Shown here piece by piece: positions 9,430-18,615 of a stretch of 40,848 nucleotides of DNA. The notes beneath the pieces were generated by a model, which saw nothing but the letters and a program-made list of their open reading frames with translations, was not told where the DNA came from and made no database searches. This DNA comes from an uncultured archaeon. Lineage in GTDB: Archaea; Asgardarchaeota; Thorarchaeia; Thorarchaeales; Thorarchaeaceae. The stretch's first letter is position 1; each line of letters opens with the position of its first letter. The stretch lies in contig CAZLEV010000022.1 of assembly GCA_964558645.1 (NCBI GenBank), positions 1 through 40,848 of the forward strand, given 5' to 3'. The position numbers and the translations under genes were made by a program.

Positions 9430-11211
9430 TTGCTACCCATATCGGTCGAACTCGCAGTGGTCTTCGCAGTTCTAGCCGTGACACTTGTCCTTTTTGTCGT
9501 TAACCGGTGGCGCTATGATGTTGTAGCCTTGTTCGCTCTGCTGATAATCGCGCTTGCAGGGATAATCCCTTTGGACCAGGTATTCTTGGGCTTCGGCCAT
9601 CCTGCAGTCATCACAGTTGCAGCCGTGTTGGTTATCAGTCGGGGACTGGTCAACTCAGGTCTGGTAGATAGCATCATAACCTGGACCCTTCGGATGGGAA
9701 ACAGCACAGTTGTTCAACTTCTTACCCTCACAGGATTGGCGATGGTGCTCTCTGCCTTTATGAACAATGTGGGGGCCCTGGCGCTTCTCATGCCTGTGGC
9801 AATCCGAATGGCTAGAAAGAGCGGCAAATCGGCATCACTGCTCCTGATGCCGCTTGCATTCTGCTCAATGCTTGGTGGTATGATAACGATGATTGGAACC
9901 CCTCCCAATATCATAATTGCAACGTTTAGGGAGGAATATGGCGCTGAAGCTTTCCTTATGTTTGACTTCACCCCTGTTGGTCTGAGTGTAGCTCTTGCTG
10001 GATTCTTGTTTATGTCACTGGTCGGTTGGCGTTTCATACCTCAGCGCGAGGGAGAGATGAGTGAACCTTTCTCTCTTGTTGAAGACTACATAACCGAGGT
10101 CTATGTCCCTGAGGATTCCAAGATGGTTGGGAAGCGTATCCGTGACCTTGAATCGGCGGCAGAAGCTGATGTAGCAGTGATATCGCTCGTACGCGAAAAC
10201 GAGCGTTTTCGTTCACCCTCTATTATGAGAGGTCTGAGAGCAGGTGACAGCCTTGTTGTCAGGGGTGAGGCTGCAGATATTCAGATGTTACTAGACGCCG
10301 GTGGACTCAAGATCATCGAAGGAGTCACGCCCAGTGAACGGATACTACGACCTGACGATGCAAATATCATTGAGGCTGTGATAACGACAGGCTCGTCTTT
10401 GAGCGGCAAGACCGCTCGTCAACTGAAACTCCGTAGTCGCTTTGGTGTTGATCTTCTTGCGATATCGCGGCAAGGTAAGAGATTGAGAGCTCGGATTGGT
10501 GATATCCGGTTACGGTCCGGAGACACTCTACTGTTGCACGGTCCCTCAGATGAAATGTCTGAGATTTTGTCCGAGCTTGCATGTCTACCATTGGCTGAGA
10601 GAGACATAAGACTCGGAAGACCACGTCGTGTTTTCCCTGCGATTACATTGTTTGGAGTCGCATTGATATTATCTGCGCTGGGTCTGCTGCCCGTTCAGAT
10701 TTCCTTCGTGCTCGCTGCTGTAGGTATGATTCTATTGGGACTTGTGTCTCCCGACGAAGCCTACAAGAGCATTAACTGGTCTGTCATAGTGCTACTCGGA
10801 GCAATGATTCCAGTAGGACAGGCACTAGTGGCCACAGGAGGTGCACAGCTCATTGCCGGAATGCTGCTTGATACAGGCGCTATGTTTCCCCCGCCTGCGT
10901 TTCTCGCCGTCCTGATGATTCTGACTATGCTGTTGTCCAGCGCTGTAGACGATGTATCTGCTACTGTCCTGATAGCCCCCATAGGTGTAAGCATTGCATT
11001 GGGGCTGGGCACATCAATAGATCCCTTTCTGATGGCAGTGTCCATTGGAGCTTCAAGCTCTTTTCTCACACCCATCGGGGACCACTCGAACACACTGATT
11101 ATGGGGCCAGGAGGCTACAGATTCACAGACTACTGGCGGGCGGGCCTCCCTTTGCAGATAATCATGATTCTGGTAGCAGTCCCACTAATCATGTGGTTTT
11201 GGCCTCTTTAG
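9430..11211 (+). CDS. SLC13/DASS-like permease with two TrkA-C domains
   Basis: SAFMNNVG, TMIGTPPNII, two central TrkA-C repeats, C-terminal FLTPIG...GPGGYRFTDY. SD GGAGGA upstream of the TTG. Confidence 0.92.
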   Translation: MLPISVELAVVFAVLAVTLVLFVVNRWRYDVVALFALLIIALAGIIPLDQVFLGFGHPAVITVAAVLVISRGLVNSGLVDSIITWTLRMGNSTVVQLLTLTGLAMVLSAFMNNVGALALLMPVAIRMARKSGKSASLLLMPLAFCSMLGGMITMIGTPPNIIIATFREEYGAEAFLMFDFTPVGLSVALAGFLFMSLVGWRFIPQREGEMSEPFSLVEDYITEVYVPEDSKMVGKRIRDLESAAEADVAVISLVRENERFRSPSIMRGLRAGDSLVVRGEAADIQMLLDAGGLKIIEGVTPSERILRPDDANIIEAVITTGSSLSGKTARQLKLRSRFGVDLLAISRQGKRLRARIGDIRLRSGDTLLLHGPSDEMSEILSELACLPLAERDIRLGRPRRVFPAITLFGVALILSALGLLPVQISFVLAAVGMILLGLVSPDEAYKSINWSVIVLLGAMIPVGQALVATGGAQLIAGMLLDTGAMFPPPAFLAVLMILTMLLSSAVDDVSATVLIAPIGVSIALGLGTSIDPFLMAVSIGASSSFLTPIGDHSNTLIMGPGGYRFTDYWRAGLPLQIIMILVAVPLIMWFWPL

Positions 11212-11229
11212 AAGAGTTTCTTCGCAGCC

Positions 11230-11343
11230 TAGTTCAATTGGTAGGTCTTGATGACGAATGTGAAAGCCAGAAGGGTGCTCACTCTTTGGATCGAGTGAGT
11301 AGGAATCTGAAACGGTAAAGAAGACTCAACACTAGTTGAACTA
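11230..11343 (+). other. Structured intergenic element (ncRNA or MITE candidate)
   Basis: 13-bp terminal stem, adjacent 6-bp stem and 9-bp inner hairpin; contains TTGATGA and CTGA; bounded by TA dinucleotides. Confidence 0.45.
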
Positions 11344-11447
11344 CCATGGAAGAGATAGAGCGACCATGACAGCGAATCCATACTTAATATTTCAGCAAGA
11401 TTCATCTACAGAATCCTCCTAACCAGTAATAGTTCTGGAGTAGAAGC

Positions 11448-12152
11448 TTGTTGAACTTGGAAAGGAGCAAGCGGGTAGCCTCTGCAGCCATCATCTCCCT
11501 CGTGCTGGTTGCTGCAGTGATTCTGATAGCCGTAGACCAAGACATGTTCGGTTCAGACGGGATTGAGGACGGCGAAGTTGAGTGGGCTCCGTCGTGGGCC
11601 ATCGGTATAGGTGATTCGTTCAACTACTCGCTCATGGTGAGCTCCTTCGAATTTAATCCGGGCTCTGTACCTTCCGGGGAGGTGCAGTACTTAGAGTTCA
11701 ACAACACCATCCTCACGGTAGAAATCACTGCCCTTCCAGCGCTACCTTCCTCCATCAACACAACTCTCTTCGTCAATCAAATTCTCAAAGCCGTTAAGAC
11801 AGAAATGCAATATCCCAATGGTTCGGCGGTGGATGAACAGCTATCATTTCTTCTTAATCCGATCTTCTCGATGGCTTTCCTGCCCACTGGTGCCTGGAAC
11901 GAGATTGACGCCCTCCTCCCAGAAACCATTGAGATTGTTACATATTATTACACGGGTGCAGGTTATTTCTCGCGACTCCATGGGGAGCATATGACCATCG
12001 GTTATTTCCATTGGCATATCGACTCGGGGGGAGAGAAAGGAGCGAACGTGAGCCTTTCATCAGGAATTCCGTTCTTGGTATACATCTACTGGAATTCCCT
12101 AAGCGATTCTACACCGGGATTCCTCATTACTGCAAAACTCAGAGTGGATTGA
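11448..12152 (+). CDS. Hypothetical protein with N-terminal membrane anchor
   Basis: Hydrophobic AAIISLVLVAAVILIAV followed by a WAIGIGDSFNY beta-rich domain. Confidence 0.7.
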   Translation: MLNLERSKRVASAAIISLVLVAAVILIAVDQDMFGSDGIEDGEVEWAPSWAIGIGDSFNYSLMVSSFEFNPGSVPSGEVQYLEFNNTILTVEITALPALPSSINTTLFVNQILKAVKTEMQYPNGSAVDEQLSFLLNPIFSMAFLPTGAWNEIDALLPETIEIVTYYYTGAGYFSRLHGEHMTIGYFHWHIDSGGEKGANVSLSSGIPFLVYIYWNSLSDSTPGFLITAKLRVD

Positions 12153-12238
12153 ATTGGTTTCAACAGTTTTTTCTGGCGCAAGGACCGGGTGCCGCTCGAT
12201 ATGAATCTCTTAAATGGTAGTGCGGCCATCAGAGTCAT

Positions 12239-13324
12239 ATGACCGCTTTCAGGACAGAACTGTGTGACTTACTCGGCATTCAGAATCCAATCATGCAAGG
12301 AGGGATGGGACCGTACAAGACCGAGTCTCTTGCCATTGCGGCATCCAATAGCGGATGTCTCGGGGTCATAAGCAGCATAGGAATGGCGGCTACGCTGCTC
12401 CCAGATGCCGCCCCGATTGACGCTGAGAGGCTCTTCGGAACAGATCCTCCAAGGATGCTTCTGAAGAATTCCATTGAAGCAGTAGCTCGAGGAACGAAGA
12501 GTGCCGATGCGGTGTTCGGTGTAAATGTACCGGTGGCCTCTGAGTTCGTCTTGGCTTCGAAGATGTTCGTGGAACAGGTGATAGAATCTAGGGAGAGCGA
12601 CTCTGATATTGAGCGACGACTACGTGTCTTGATTACCTCGGCGGGGAATCCGGCACCTTGGGGGGAGGTCAAACGCCATGGTCTAATATGGGTTCATGTG
12701 GTTCCCTCGGTCTATCATGCCAAGAAGGCAGAAAAAGCAGGCGCCGACATCATTGTCGCGTCGGGCCACGAGGGTGGGGCACACATCTCTTGGGAACCCG
12801 TTCACTCCTCCGTATTGGTACCTGCTGTAGTACGGGCCGTTGACAAACCTGTTGTTGCTGCTGGAGGTTTCTGTGACGGGGCAGGTCTGGCCGCAGCACT
12901 GTGCTATGGAGCATGTGGTATCCAGATGGGTACACGTTTCATTGCCACACAGGAGAGCGATTTCGAGCCTATGTGGAAAGATATGATTGTCAGGCACGAT
13001 GAACGAAATACCCTTGCTGGCCGAGGGCTTTTTGGTCCAATGAGGTTCCTTCGTAACAAGCGATCCGAGAAGATTGTTGAACAAACACTAGAGGACACTC
13101 CACGATTCTATCTAGGAGAGCCGGTGGAGTCTAACGAGAAGATATTGGAGCTTGAGCGGTCGGGGTTCGATGACCTATTAGACCGCAAAGAGGAGACTGC
13201 CCTGATGTTTGCAGGAGAGTGCACCGGCAGAATCTCGAACATTCCCTCTGTGTCAGAGCTAGTTCAGAGTATCATCGAAGAAGCGGTAAGAGCCCTGAAA
13301 GAATCGCAGTCTCTCATCACCTGA
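12239..13324 (+). CDS. Nitronate monooxygenase / FabK-like FMN-dependent oxidoreductase
   Basis: PIMQGGM, SGHEGGAH, PVVAAGG, GIQMGTRFIATQES. TATA-like TTAAAT at 12210-12215. Confidence 0.9.
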   Translation: MTAFRTELCDLLGIQNPIMQGGMGPYKTESLAIAASNSGCLGVISSIGMAATLLPDAAPIDAERLFGTDPPRMLLKNSIEAVARGTKSADAVFGVNVPVASEFVLASKMFVEQVIESRESDSDIERRLRVLITSAGNPAPWGEVKRHGLIWVHVVPSVYHAKKAEKAGADIIVASGHEGGAHISWEPVHSSVLVPAVVRAVDKPVVAAGGFCDGAGLAAALCYGACGIQMGTRFIATQESDFEPMWKDMIVRHDERNTLAGRGLFGPMRFLRNKRSEKIVEQTLEDTPRFYLGEPVESNEKILELERSGFDDLLDRKEETALMFAGECTGRISNIPSVSELVQSIIEEAVRALKESQSLIT

Positions 13325-13345
13325 TTCTATCGCATTATTGGTTCT

Positions 13346-16147
13346 TTGTCGAAATGGACACGCACTAATGCCGAAACCCTCTTAGGAAGGATTGTGCCGT
13401 TGCACGCTCTAGCTTGCAGACTTAAAAGGGAGGTAAACAAGTTAACCGTCGATCCGCTAACCATTGATATCTCTGCAAAGGAGTGCCTTGACCATAACCT
13501 CGTAGGTGGAAAGGCATGCAATCTGGCTCTTCTCCAACAAAGCGGCTTCGAAGTACCGGATGGCTTTGTTGTCACGACTAAAGCCTATTTGGAGTTCGCT
13601 CAATCTCCAGACATTTCAAGCGCAGTAAAGAAGTGCATAGAGGAGGCTACGAGCATGGATGGCAGCCTGCTTGAGGATGCTTCTGCCGAGGTCAGGCAGG
13701 CCATCAGAAGGGCCGATGTCTCCGAGAATCTGATAGAGTCAATCCGTGAAGCGTATGAACGTCTTGGGGGAGGTTCGGTCGCGATTAGATCGTCAGCAAC
13801 TGCAGAGGACCTCCCCAGTGCATCCTTCGCCGGGCAGTATGACACATTTCTCAATGTGAAAGGCATCGAACGGATATGTGAGACCGTAAAAGAGTGCTTT
13901 GCTTCAATGTGGACACGCCGTGCGGTATCCTATCGCAAGAACAACGGTATCCCCCATGATGGGATGGCCTTGGCAGTTGTAGTCCAAGAGATGGTTAGAC
14001 CTGTTTCTGCAGGTGTGCTCTTCACAAAGAATCCTCTTTCAAATAACGGCCATGAGATGATGATCGAGGCGAATTTCGGGCTTGGTGAGTCCGTCGTTTC
14101 TGGTGAAACCACTCCAGATCGATACATTGTGGCCAGAGATTCTGATGGCTTCACGGTTATTGGCAAGGAGATTGGTACGAAGGATAGCATGGTCCAATCA
14201 AAGGAGGATGGCCAGGAGGGAGTCAGGCTCATCGAGCTACCTCGAGATCGGAGCGAAGATTCGTGTTTGAGTGATTCGCAGACGATCAAGCTGGCTGAGA
14301 TAGGAGATTCAATAGAGTCGTTGTTCGGCAGTCCACAAGACATTGAGTGGGCAATAGATGATACTGGAAGCCCTCGTATTCTACAGTCGCGCCCAGTGAC
14401 AACCTCCGGAATGAAGCTTGGTAATGATGCAACCCTCTGGACAAGGGGATATAGTGACGATTACTGGAACGATGATGTGACTCCTCTGTTCTACGATCTC
14501 TTAGGTGACCAGCTCACATACATCGTGAATGATGAATTGAATGACATCATGGGCTACAAGAACATGCCCTCAGAGCTGCTCAAGCTGTACAAAGCACACG
14601 CATACTTCAACATAGAAGTGCTGAAGAAGAAGGTCCAGAATGAGATCCCCCCGTTCCTCAGGTCAGACGACCTTCTCAACTACTTCCCAGAGGGGTCCGG
14701 CCCGTACGGGAAAGAGACCATGAAGAGAATGCCATTCAACCTCAAGAGCAGGCTTCTTGCAGAGATTCGAGTGATGCTATACGATGGCAATGGAAGCATG
14801 ACCAAGACTTCTTCGGTCTACGCTGACTGGACTGACAACGTCTTTGTTCCATATTGCCAAGAACTGGACAGCGATTTCGAGCGCTTGCAGAAGGCAGCAT
14901 CCGCGAAGGAGCTGCTTGCACATGCTGACGAACTTGACCGCGTCATGATGAGTCACTTCAGACTGGTGAGATATGGAATCCCCGTCCATAACATCGGCAT
15001 GAATCTAATCACACACTATCTGCTGAAGAGGTTTCTGGGGGAAAAAGCAGCCGGGACTTTGTTTCCAGTCTTGGTGTCTGAGTTAGATCACAAGACCAAT
15101 GAGACCAACAAGCGTCTGAATGAATTAGCAAGCTTGGCCAGGGGCGACTCGGAGTTAGCAGAACTGATATCTGGGACCCCCTCGGATGTTCTCTATGACC
15201 ACATCAGAACGGTTGATAGCGCGTCATCACACGTCTTCGTTGAAGCGTACGATAGATTCATTGACGATTTTGGAGATCGCGGGTTCACTAGAGAACCCTA
15301 TTACCCTCGCTGGCGTGAATCTTCTCAGTATGTGTTTGACATCATCAAGGCTTTGGTGAGTGGTCAACACTCCACTGTCAGCCGAACACGCAAGAAAATC
15401 AAGATTGGACGTGGCCAGGCTGAAAGGCTGGTAAAGAGAGAGCTCCAGAAACAAGCCTTTGGAAGCTTCAAATGGCTGCTATTCTCGGCCATCCTGAGTT
15501 TCGCTCGGACTTACACGGTCTTCAGAGAGAATCAGAGGTTCAATCTGGATCGGTGGATAACCCGAAACCGAAGGCTCTTCTTGAATTTAGGAGAGCGATT
15601 GGAGAATCAGGGCTATCTTGACAAATCTATAGACATCTTCTTCCTCCATAGACACGAGATCCGTCGCATCGTGGGTGGTGCTACCTCTATATCCAAACCT
15701 GAAACTCGAGAACTAGCGCGCGAACGACATAACGAGTTCAAACGCTACGAGAACATTACTCCTCCGAAGTTCCTCGAAGGCTCAAGGGAGTTCAATGACC
15801 CACTACCCGCGTCAACCGGTAGGCTCATCGGGACTCCAGCGAGTCAAGGAATAGTAACTGGTACCATACGTGTCTTGAATTCGGTTGCAGACATACCTGA
15901 GGTGCGTCCAGGTGAGATCCTTGTGGTTCCCAGAACAGATCCCGGTTGGACCCCTGTCTTTTCAAGGATTGGAGGACTAATAACAGAGACTGGTGGTATC
16001 CTCTCTCATGGCGCGGTGGTTTCAAGGGAGTATGGTATTCCAGCAATCACGAACGTTAGAAAAGCCTGTCAACTACTGGAAACTGGCCAGACCGTCACGT
16101 TGAACGGCAGTGAGGGTTATCTGTCACTCAACCAAGAGGTAAGCTAA
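13346..16147 (+). CDS. PEP-synthase/PPDK-family dikinase with rifampicin-phosphotransferase-like domain order
   Basis: ATP-grasp motifs VGGKACNL, AIRSSATAED, SFAGQYDT, QDIEWA, LQSRPVT; large central domain; C-terminal phospho-His swivel TDPGWT...GGILSHGAVVSREYGIP. Start codon uncertain. Confidence 0.9.
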   Translation: MSKWTRTNAETLLGRIVPLHALACRLKREVNKLTVDPLTIDISAKECLDHNLVGGKACNLALLQQSGFEVPDGFVVTTKAYLEFAQSPDISSAVKKCIEEATSMDGSLLEDASAEVRQAIRRADVSENLIESIREAYERLGGGSVAIRSSATAEDLPSASFAGQYDTFLNVKGIERICETVKECFASMWTRRAVSYRKNNGIPHDGMALAVVVQEMVRPVSAGVLFTKNPLSNNGHEMMIEANFGLGESVVSGETTPDRYIVARDSDGFTVIGKEIGTKDSMVQSKEDGQEGVRLIELPRDRSEDSCLSDSQTIKLAEIGDSIESLFGSPQDIEWAIDDTGSPRILQSRPVTTSGMKLGNDATLWTRGYSDDYWNDDVTPLFYDLLGDQLTYIVNDELNDIMGYKNMPSELLKLYKAHAYFNIEVLKKKVQNEIPPFLRSDDLLNYFPEGSGPYGKETMKRMPFNLKSRLLAEIRVMLYDGNGSMTKTSSVYADWTDNVFVPYCQELDSDFERLQKAASAKELLAHADELDRVMMSHFRLVRYGIPVHNIGMNLITHYLLKRFLGEKAAGTLFPVLVSELDHKTNETNKRLNELASLARGDSELAELISGTPSDVLYDHIRTVDSASSHVFVEAYDRFIDDFGDRGFTREPYYPRWRESSQYVFDIIKALVSGQHSTVSRTRKKIKIGRGQAERLVKRELQKQAFGSFKWLLFSAILSFARTYTVFRENQRFNLDRWITRNRRLFLNLGERLENQGYLDKSIDIFFLHRHEIRRIVGGATSISKPETRELARERHNEFKRYENITPPKFLEGSREFNDPLPASTGRLIGTPASQGIVTGTIRVLNSVADIPEVRPGEILVVPRTDPGWTPVFSRIGGLITETGGILSHGAVVSREYGIPAITNVRKACQLLETGQTVTLNGSEGYLSLNQEVS

Positions 16148-16149
16148 CC

Positions 16150-17112
16150 ATGGAACAACTGACGCACAAACCGACTTCAACACATCCCAATTGGAACGAG
16201 AGCTACTACTTCATCTTCTATGAGCAGTCGGCTGACATTGGCGCGATGAGCAGAGTCGGTTTCAAACCCAATATGCCTGATGGCATGACATTTCTCTTCG
16301 TCTTCCTACCTGATGGCCGGGTCGGCGCTTTCCATATCAATGATGAGGGTGAACACTACCCTGATTTGCTCAAGGTCGGCGGTGTGGAGCACCGTTGCAT
16401 TGGTGATGGCGAATGGAGGTATGTCTTTGACGGCAGCTTGGTCATTGTAGAAGACTCAGAAACCCTTCCACGAGTCAGGGAGGACCCATCGCTTATTGCT
16501 GACCTTGTTGATTGCAGAATGGAACTTCACTATCGCGCTATGAACGATACGTACGAGTACAGCGAGCACATGACCCCCGAATCCTTGGAGATTGGCAAGA
16601 AGAGCGGAGACATGCACTGGGAACAGATTGGCAAGGTCTCCGGACGAATGAAGTTTGGGGAAACTCTGTTCAGAATCTCGAACGCCATGGCCCAGAGAGA
16701 CCATACCCATGGGATACGTGACTGGACCGGTGTTGGCAATTGGCTGTATTTCGTCATCTGGTTCAATGATCGGCTGGCCCTCAATCCGGCCGCTATAGTG
16801 CTTGACGATGGTCGGATCAGTACCGGGGGTTTCATCTTTGAGGATGGACATAACGTTCCAATCAAGAGGATAGAAGTTCTAAAGCAAGACTACCGCTCTG
16901 ACGGGGTATTTCCCACCTTGACTGAGCTCCTCATTGTTGATGCGCGAGACGAAGAGCATGAACTCAGGGCACGTCCCGGTCGAATCATCCCCATTCCGTT
17001 CGAGGATGCTGAAGGTAATCGATCAATTCTGATACAATCTTTTGGAGAGTTTGAGTTTGATGGTGTCAAGAATGGGTATGGTTCGTATGAGGTTCTTCGA
17101 AAGAAGAGATGA
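16150..17112 (+). CDS. Uncharacterised double beta-barrel protein (tocopherol-cyclase/AttH-like fold suspected)
   Basis: WNESYYFIF, HWEQIGKVSG and QRDHTHGIRDW motifs; starts 2 nt after the dikinase stop. Confidence 0.75.
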   Translation: MEQLTHKPTSTHPNWNESYYFIFYEQSADIGAMSRVGFKPNMPDGMTFLFVFLPDGRVGAFHINDEGEHYPDLLKVGGVEHRCIGDGEWRYVFDGSLVIVEDSETLPRVREDPSLIADLVDCRMELHYRAMNDTYEYSEHMTPESLEIGKKSGDMHWEQIGKVSGRMKFGETLFRISNAMAQRDHTHGIRDWTGVGNWLYFVIWFNDRLALNPAAIVLDDGRISTGGFIFEDGHNVPIKRIEVLKQDYRSDGVFPTLTELLIVDARDEEHELRARPGRIIPIPFEDAEGNRSILIQSFGEFEFDGVKNGYGSYEVLRKKR

Positions 17113-17377
17113 AGCCCACAGGCTTAGAAAGCAGTCTCTTACAGAATGTTGGGACACGGGTTACTTCAGTTCCACCAGACAAGCAGATCAAAGTGTACAT
17201 AGCAGCGAAGAATGCAGAATTAGGACAAAGCGACAAGATAATAAGCAAACTTGTGGCAGCCAAACGTGCAGGTACACAGACACACAGGCGCTTCTAGTTG
17301 AGGGTTCATTGAGTTCTTCTTTTCTCATGCTAATCCGTTACAGAACACCCTAGTCTTCATAGTCCTGCAATTAGTAA

Positions 17378-17899
17378 ATGAGTGAATACACAATGAGCTA
17401 CGATAGAGAGCCTGTTGAGGCTACAATAGCCCAACTAGAACCTAGAATGAAGAACGTCACAATCAAGTTCAAAGTCATGGACGTCGATGATGCACGAGAG
17501 GTCTCATCCCGTAAAGATGGATCAACTCATCGTGTCGCGGATGCCATTGTTGGCGATGAGAGCGGAACAGTTCGAGTTCCCCTCTGGGACGCGACAATTG
17601 ACGAACTTGAAGTCGGAAAGACCTACACGCTGACAAACGGCTATACAGGTCTTTTCAAGGGCAATCTCCAGCTGAACATCGGTCGATACGGAAAATTGGA
17701 GGAAGCTGAAGAAGCCATAGACGAGATCAATGAAGAAGTTGACATGTCTGCCGAAGAGCACGATGACCCACGCCGGCGCAGTTATGGCGGTGGAAGCCGC
17801 GGTGGCGGTGGCGGTGGCGGTGGCGGTTATGGTGGCAGAAGCGGTGGTCGGGATCGCAGGGGCGGTGGCAGTTACGGTCGCCGAGACCGCAGCTACTAG
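17378..17899 (+). CDS. ssb: Single-OB-fold single-stranded DNA-binding protein with Gly/Arg-rich tail
   Basis: VADAIVGDESGTVRVPLWD and NGYTGLFKGNLQLNIGRYG resemble the crenarchaeal SSB/hSSB1-type OB fold; acidic linker; RGG tail. Confidence 0.9.
   Translation: MSEYTMSYDREPVEATIAQLEPRMKNVTIKFKVMDVDDAREVSSRKDGSTHRVADAIVGDESGTVRVPLWDATIDELEVGKTYTLTNGYTGLFKGNLQLNIGRYGKLEEAEEAIDEINEEVDMSAEEHDDPRRRSYGGGSRGGGGGGGGGYGGRSGGRDRRGGGSYGRRDRSY
17801..17827 (+). repeat. (GGTGGC)4GGT microsatellite encoding Gly9
   Basis: Read directly from the sequence. Confidence 0.95.
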
Positions 17900-17949
17900 A
17901 GACTAGTATTGCTACCTCTGCTTTCAGAAAACTAGACATCAGCTACTTA

Positions 17950-17989
17950 GGGCCTCGTTCTGCGATGGCCCCTTTCCTTTCTTTTTCTT
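17950..17989 (+). terminator. Hairpin plus pyrimidine/T tract after ssb
   Basis: GGGCC-TCG...CGA-T-GGCCC followed by CTTTCCTTTCTTTTTCTT. Confidence 0.65.
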
Positions 17990-18078
17990 GCCTTTATCTC
18001 CAAGGATTCATTACGAGGCATCTTCATTCATGAAATGTGTCAAGGTGCTAGATCGGGATGAAGTGAGACCCGTAAATC

Positions 18079-18546
18079 ATGGGTGATTCAATGACGAACA
18101 GGGAGGATACCCGTAGAATTTGTGAAGTCTGTGGAGCTCTCTGTTGCAGACTGGGCGGTTCCATAGCAACGAGCAATGAGGTTCAGGCTATTGTCGAGGC
18201 AGGTTACGAAAACCACTTTCAGAACATCTCTAACGATGTCTTCATCACAAACTGGGGGCCTAGAGGGGTCTGTCCGTATCTTCGTGATAACACCTGTTCA
18301 ATCTACGAGGTGCGTCCGTTTCGTTGTCGTGCCTTTCCGGTTCACCAAGATTCAGACGGTAGATTGTACCTATCACTATGTCCAGTATCGTCAAAGCTAG
18401 ACCCAACCGACATTGATAGTTTTGCGCGGATTCTTGAAAACACACCTGTTCGCTTTCTACAAGCTGCTGCTTCTGTATTGGAAGCGAGGACAAAGACCCT
18501 CCAGAGGAGGATATCGAGGTATCCAAGGAAGCCGATACTTCTATGA
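18079..18546 (+). CDS. YkgJ family cysteine-cluster (Fe-S/Zn) protein
   Basis: CEVCGALCC, CPYL, CSIYEVRPFRCRAFP, LCP. Confidence 0.88.
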   Translation: MGDSMTNREDTRRICEVCGALCCRLGGSIATSNEVQAIVEAGYENHFQNISNDVFITNWGPRGVCPYLRDNTCSIYEVRPFRCRAFPVHQDSDGRLYLSLCPVSSKLDPTDIDSFARILENTPVRFLQAAASVLEARTKTLQRRISRYPRKPILL

Positions 18547-18615
18547 ATGGAGCGTAGATTTCGATTGGATGCCAATCCTGAAACCTTGAAGATATTTCGT
18601 CTTCCATGACCGCGG

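Noticed and set aside
11248-11320. Hammerhead ribozyme-like TGATGA...GAAA
   Set aside because: The core is TTGATGA rather than CTGATGA, stem II is essentially absent, and the stem III/NUH geometry does not fit.
13346-16147. Annotation as ppsA or as a rifampicin-resistance gene
   Set aside because: No pyruvate-binding barrel. Only the domain order matches RPH; the substrate domain cannot be assigned from sequence.
17109-17297. 62-aa ORF overlapping the beta-barrel gene stop (ATGA)
   Set aside because: No recognisable motif, and competing ORFs exist on both strands. It cannot be supported, though it is not excluded.
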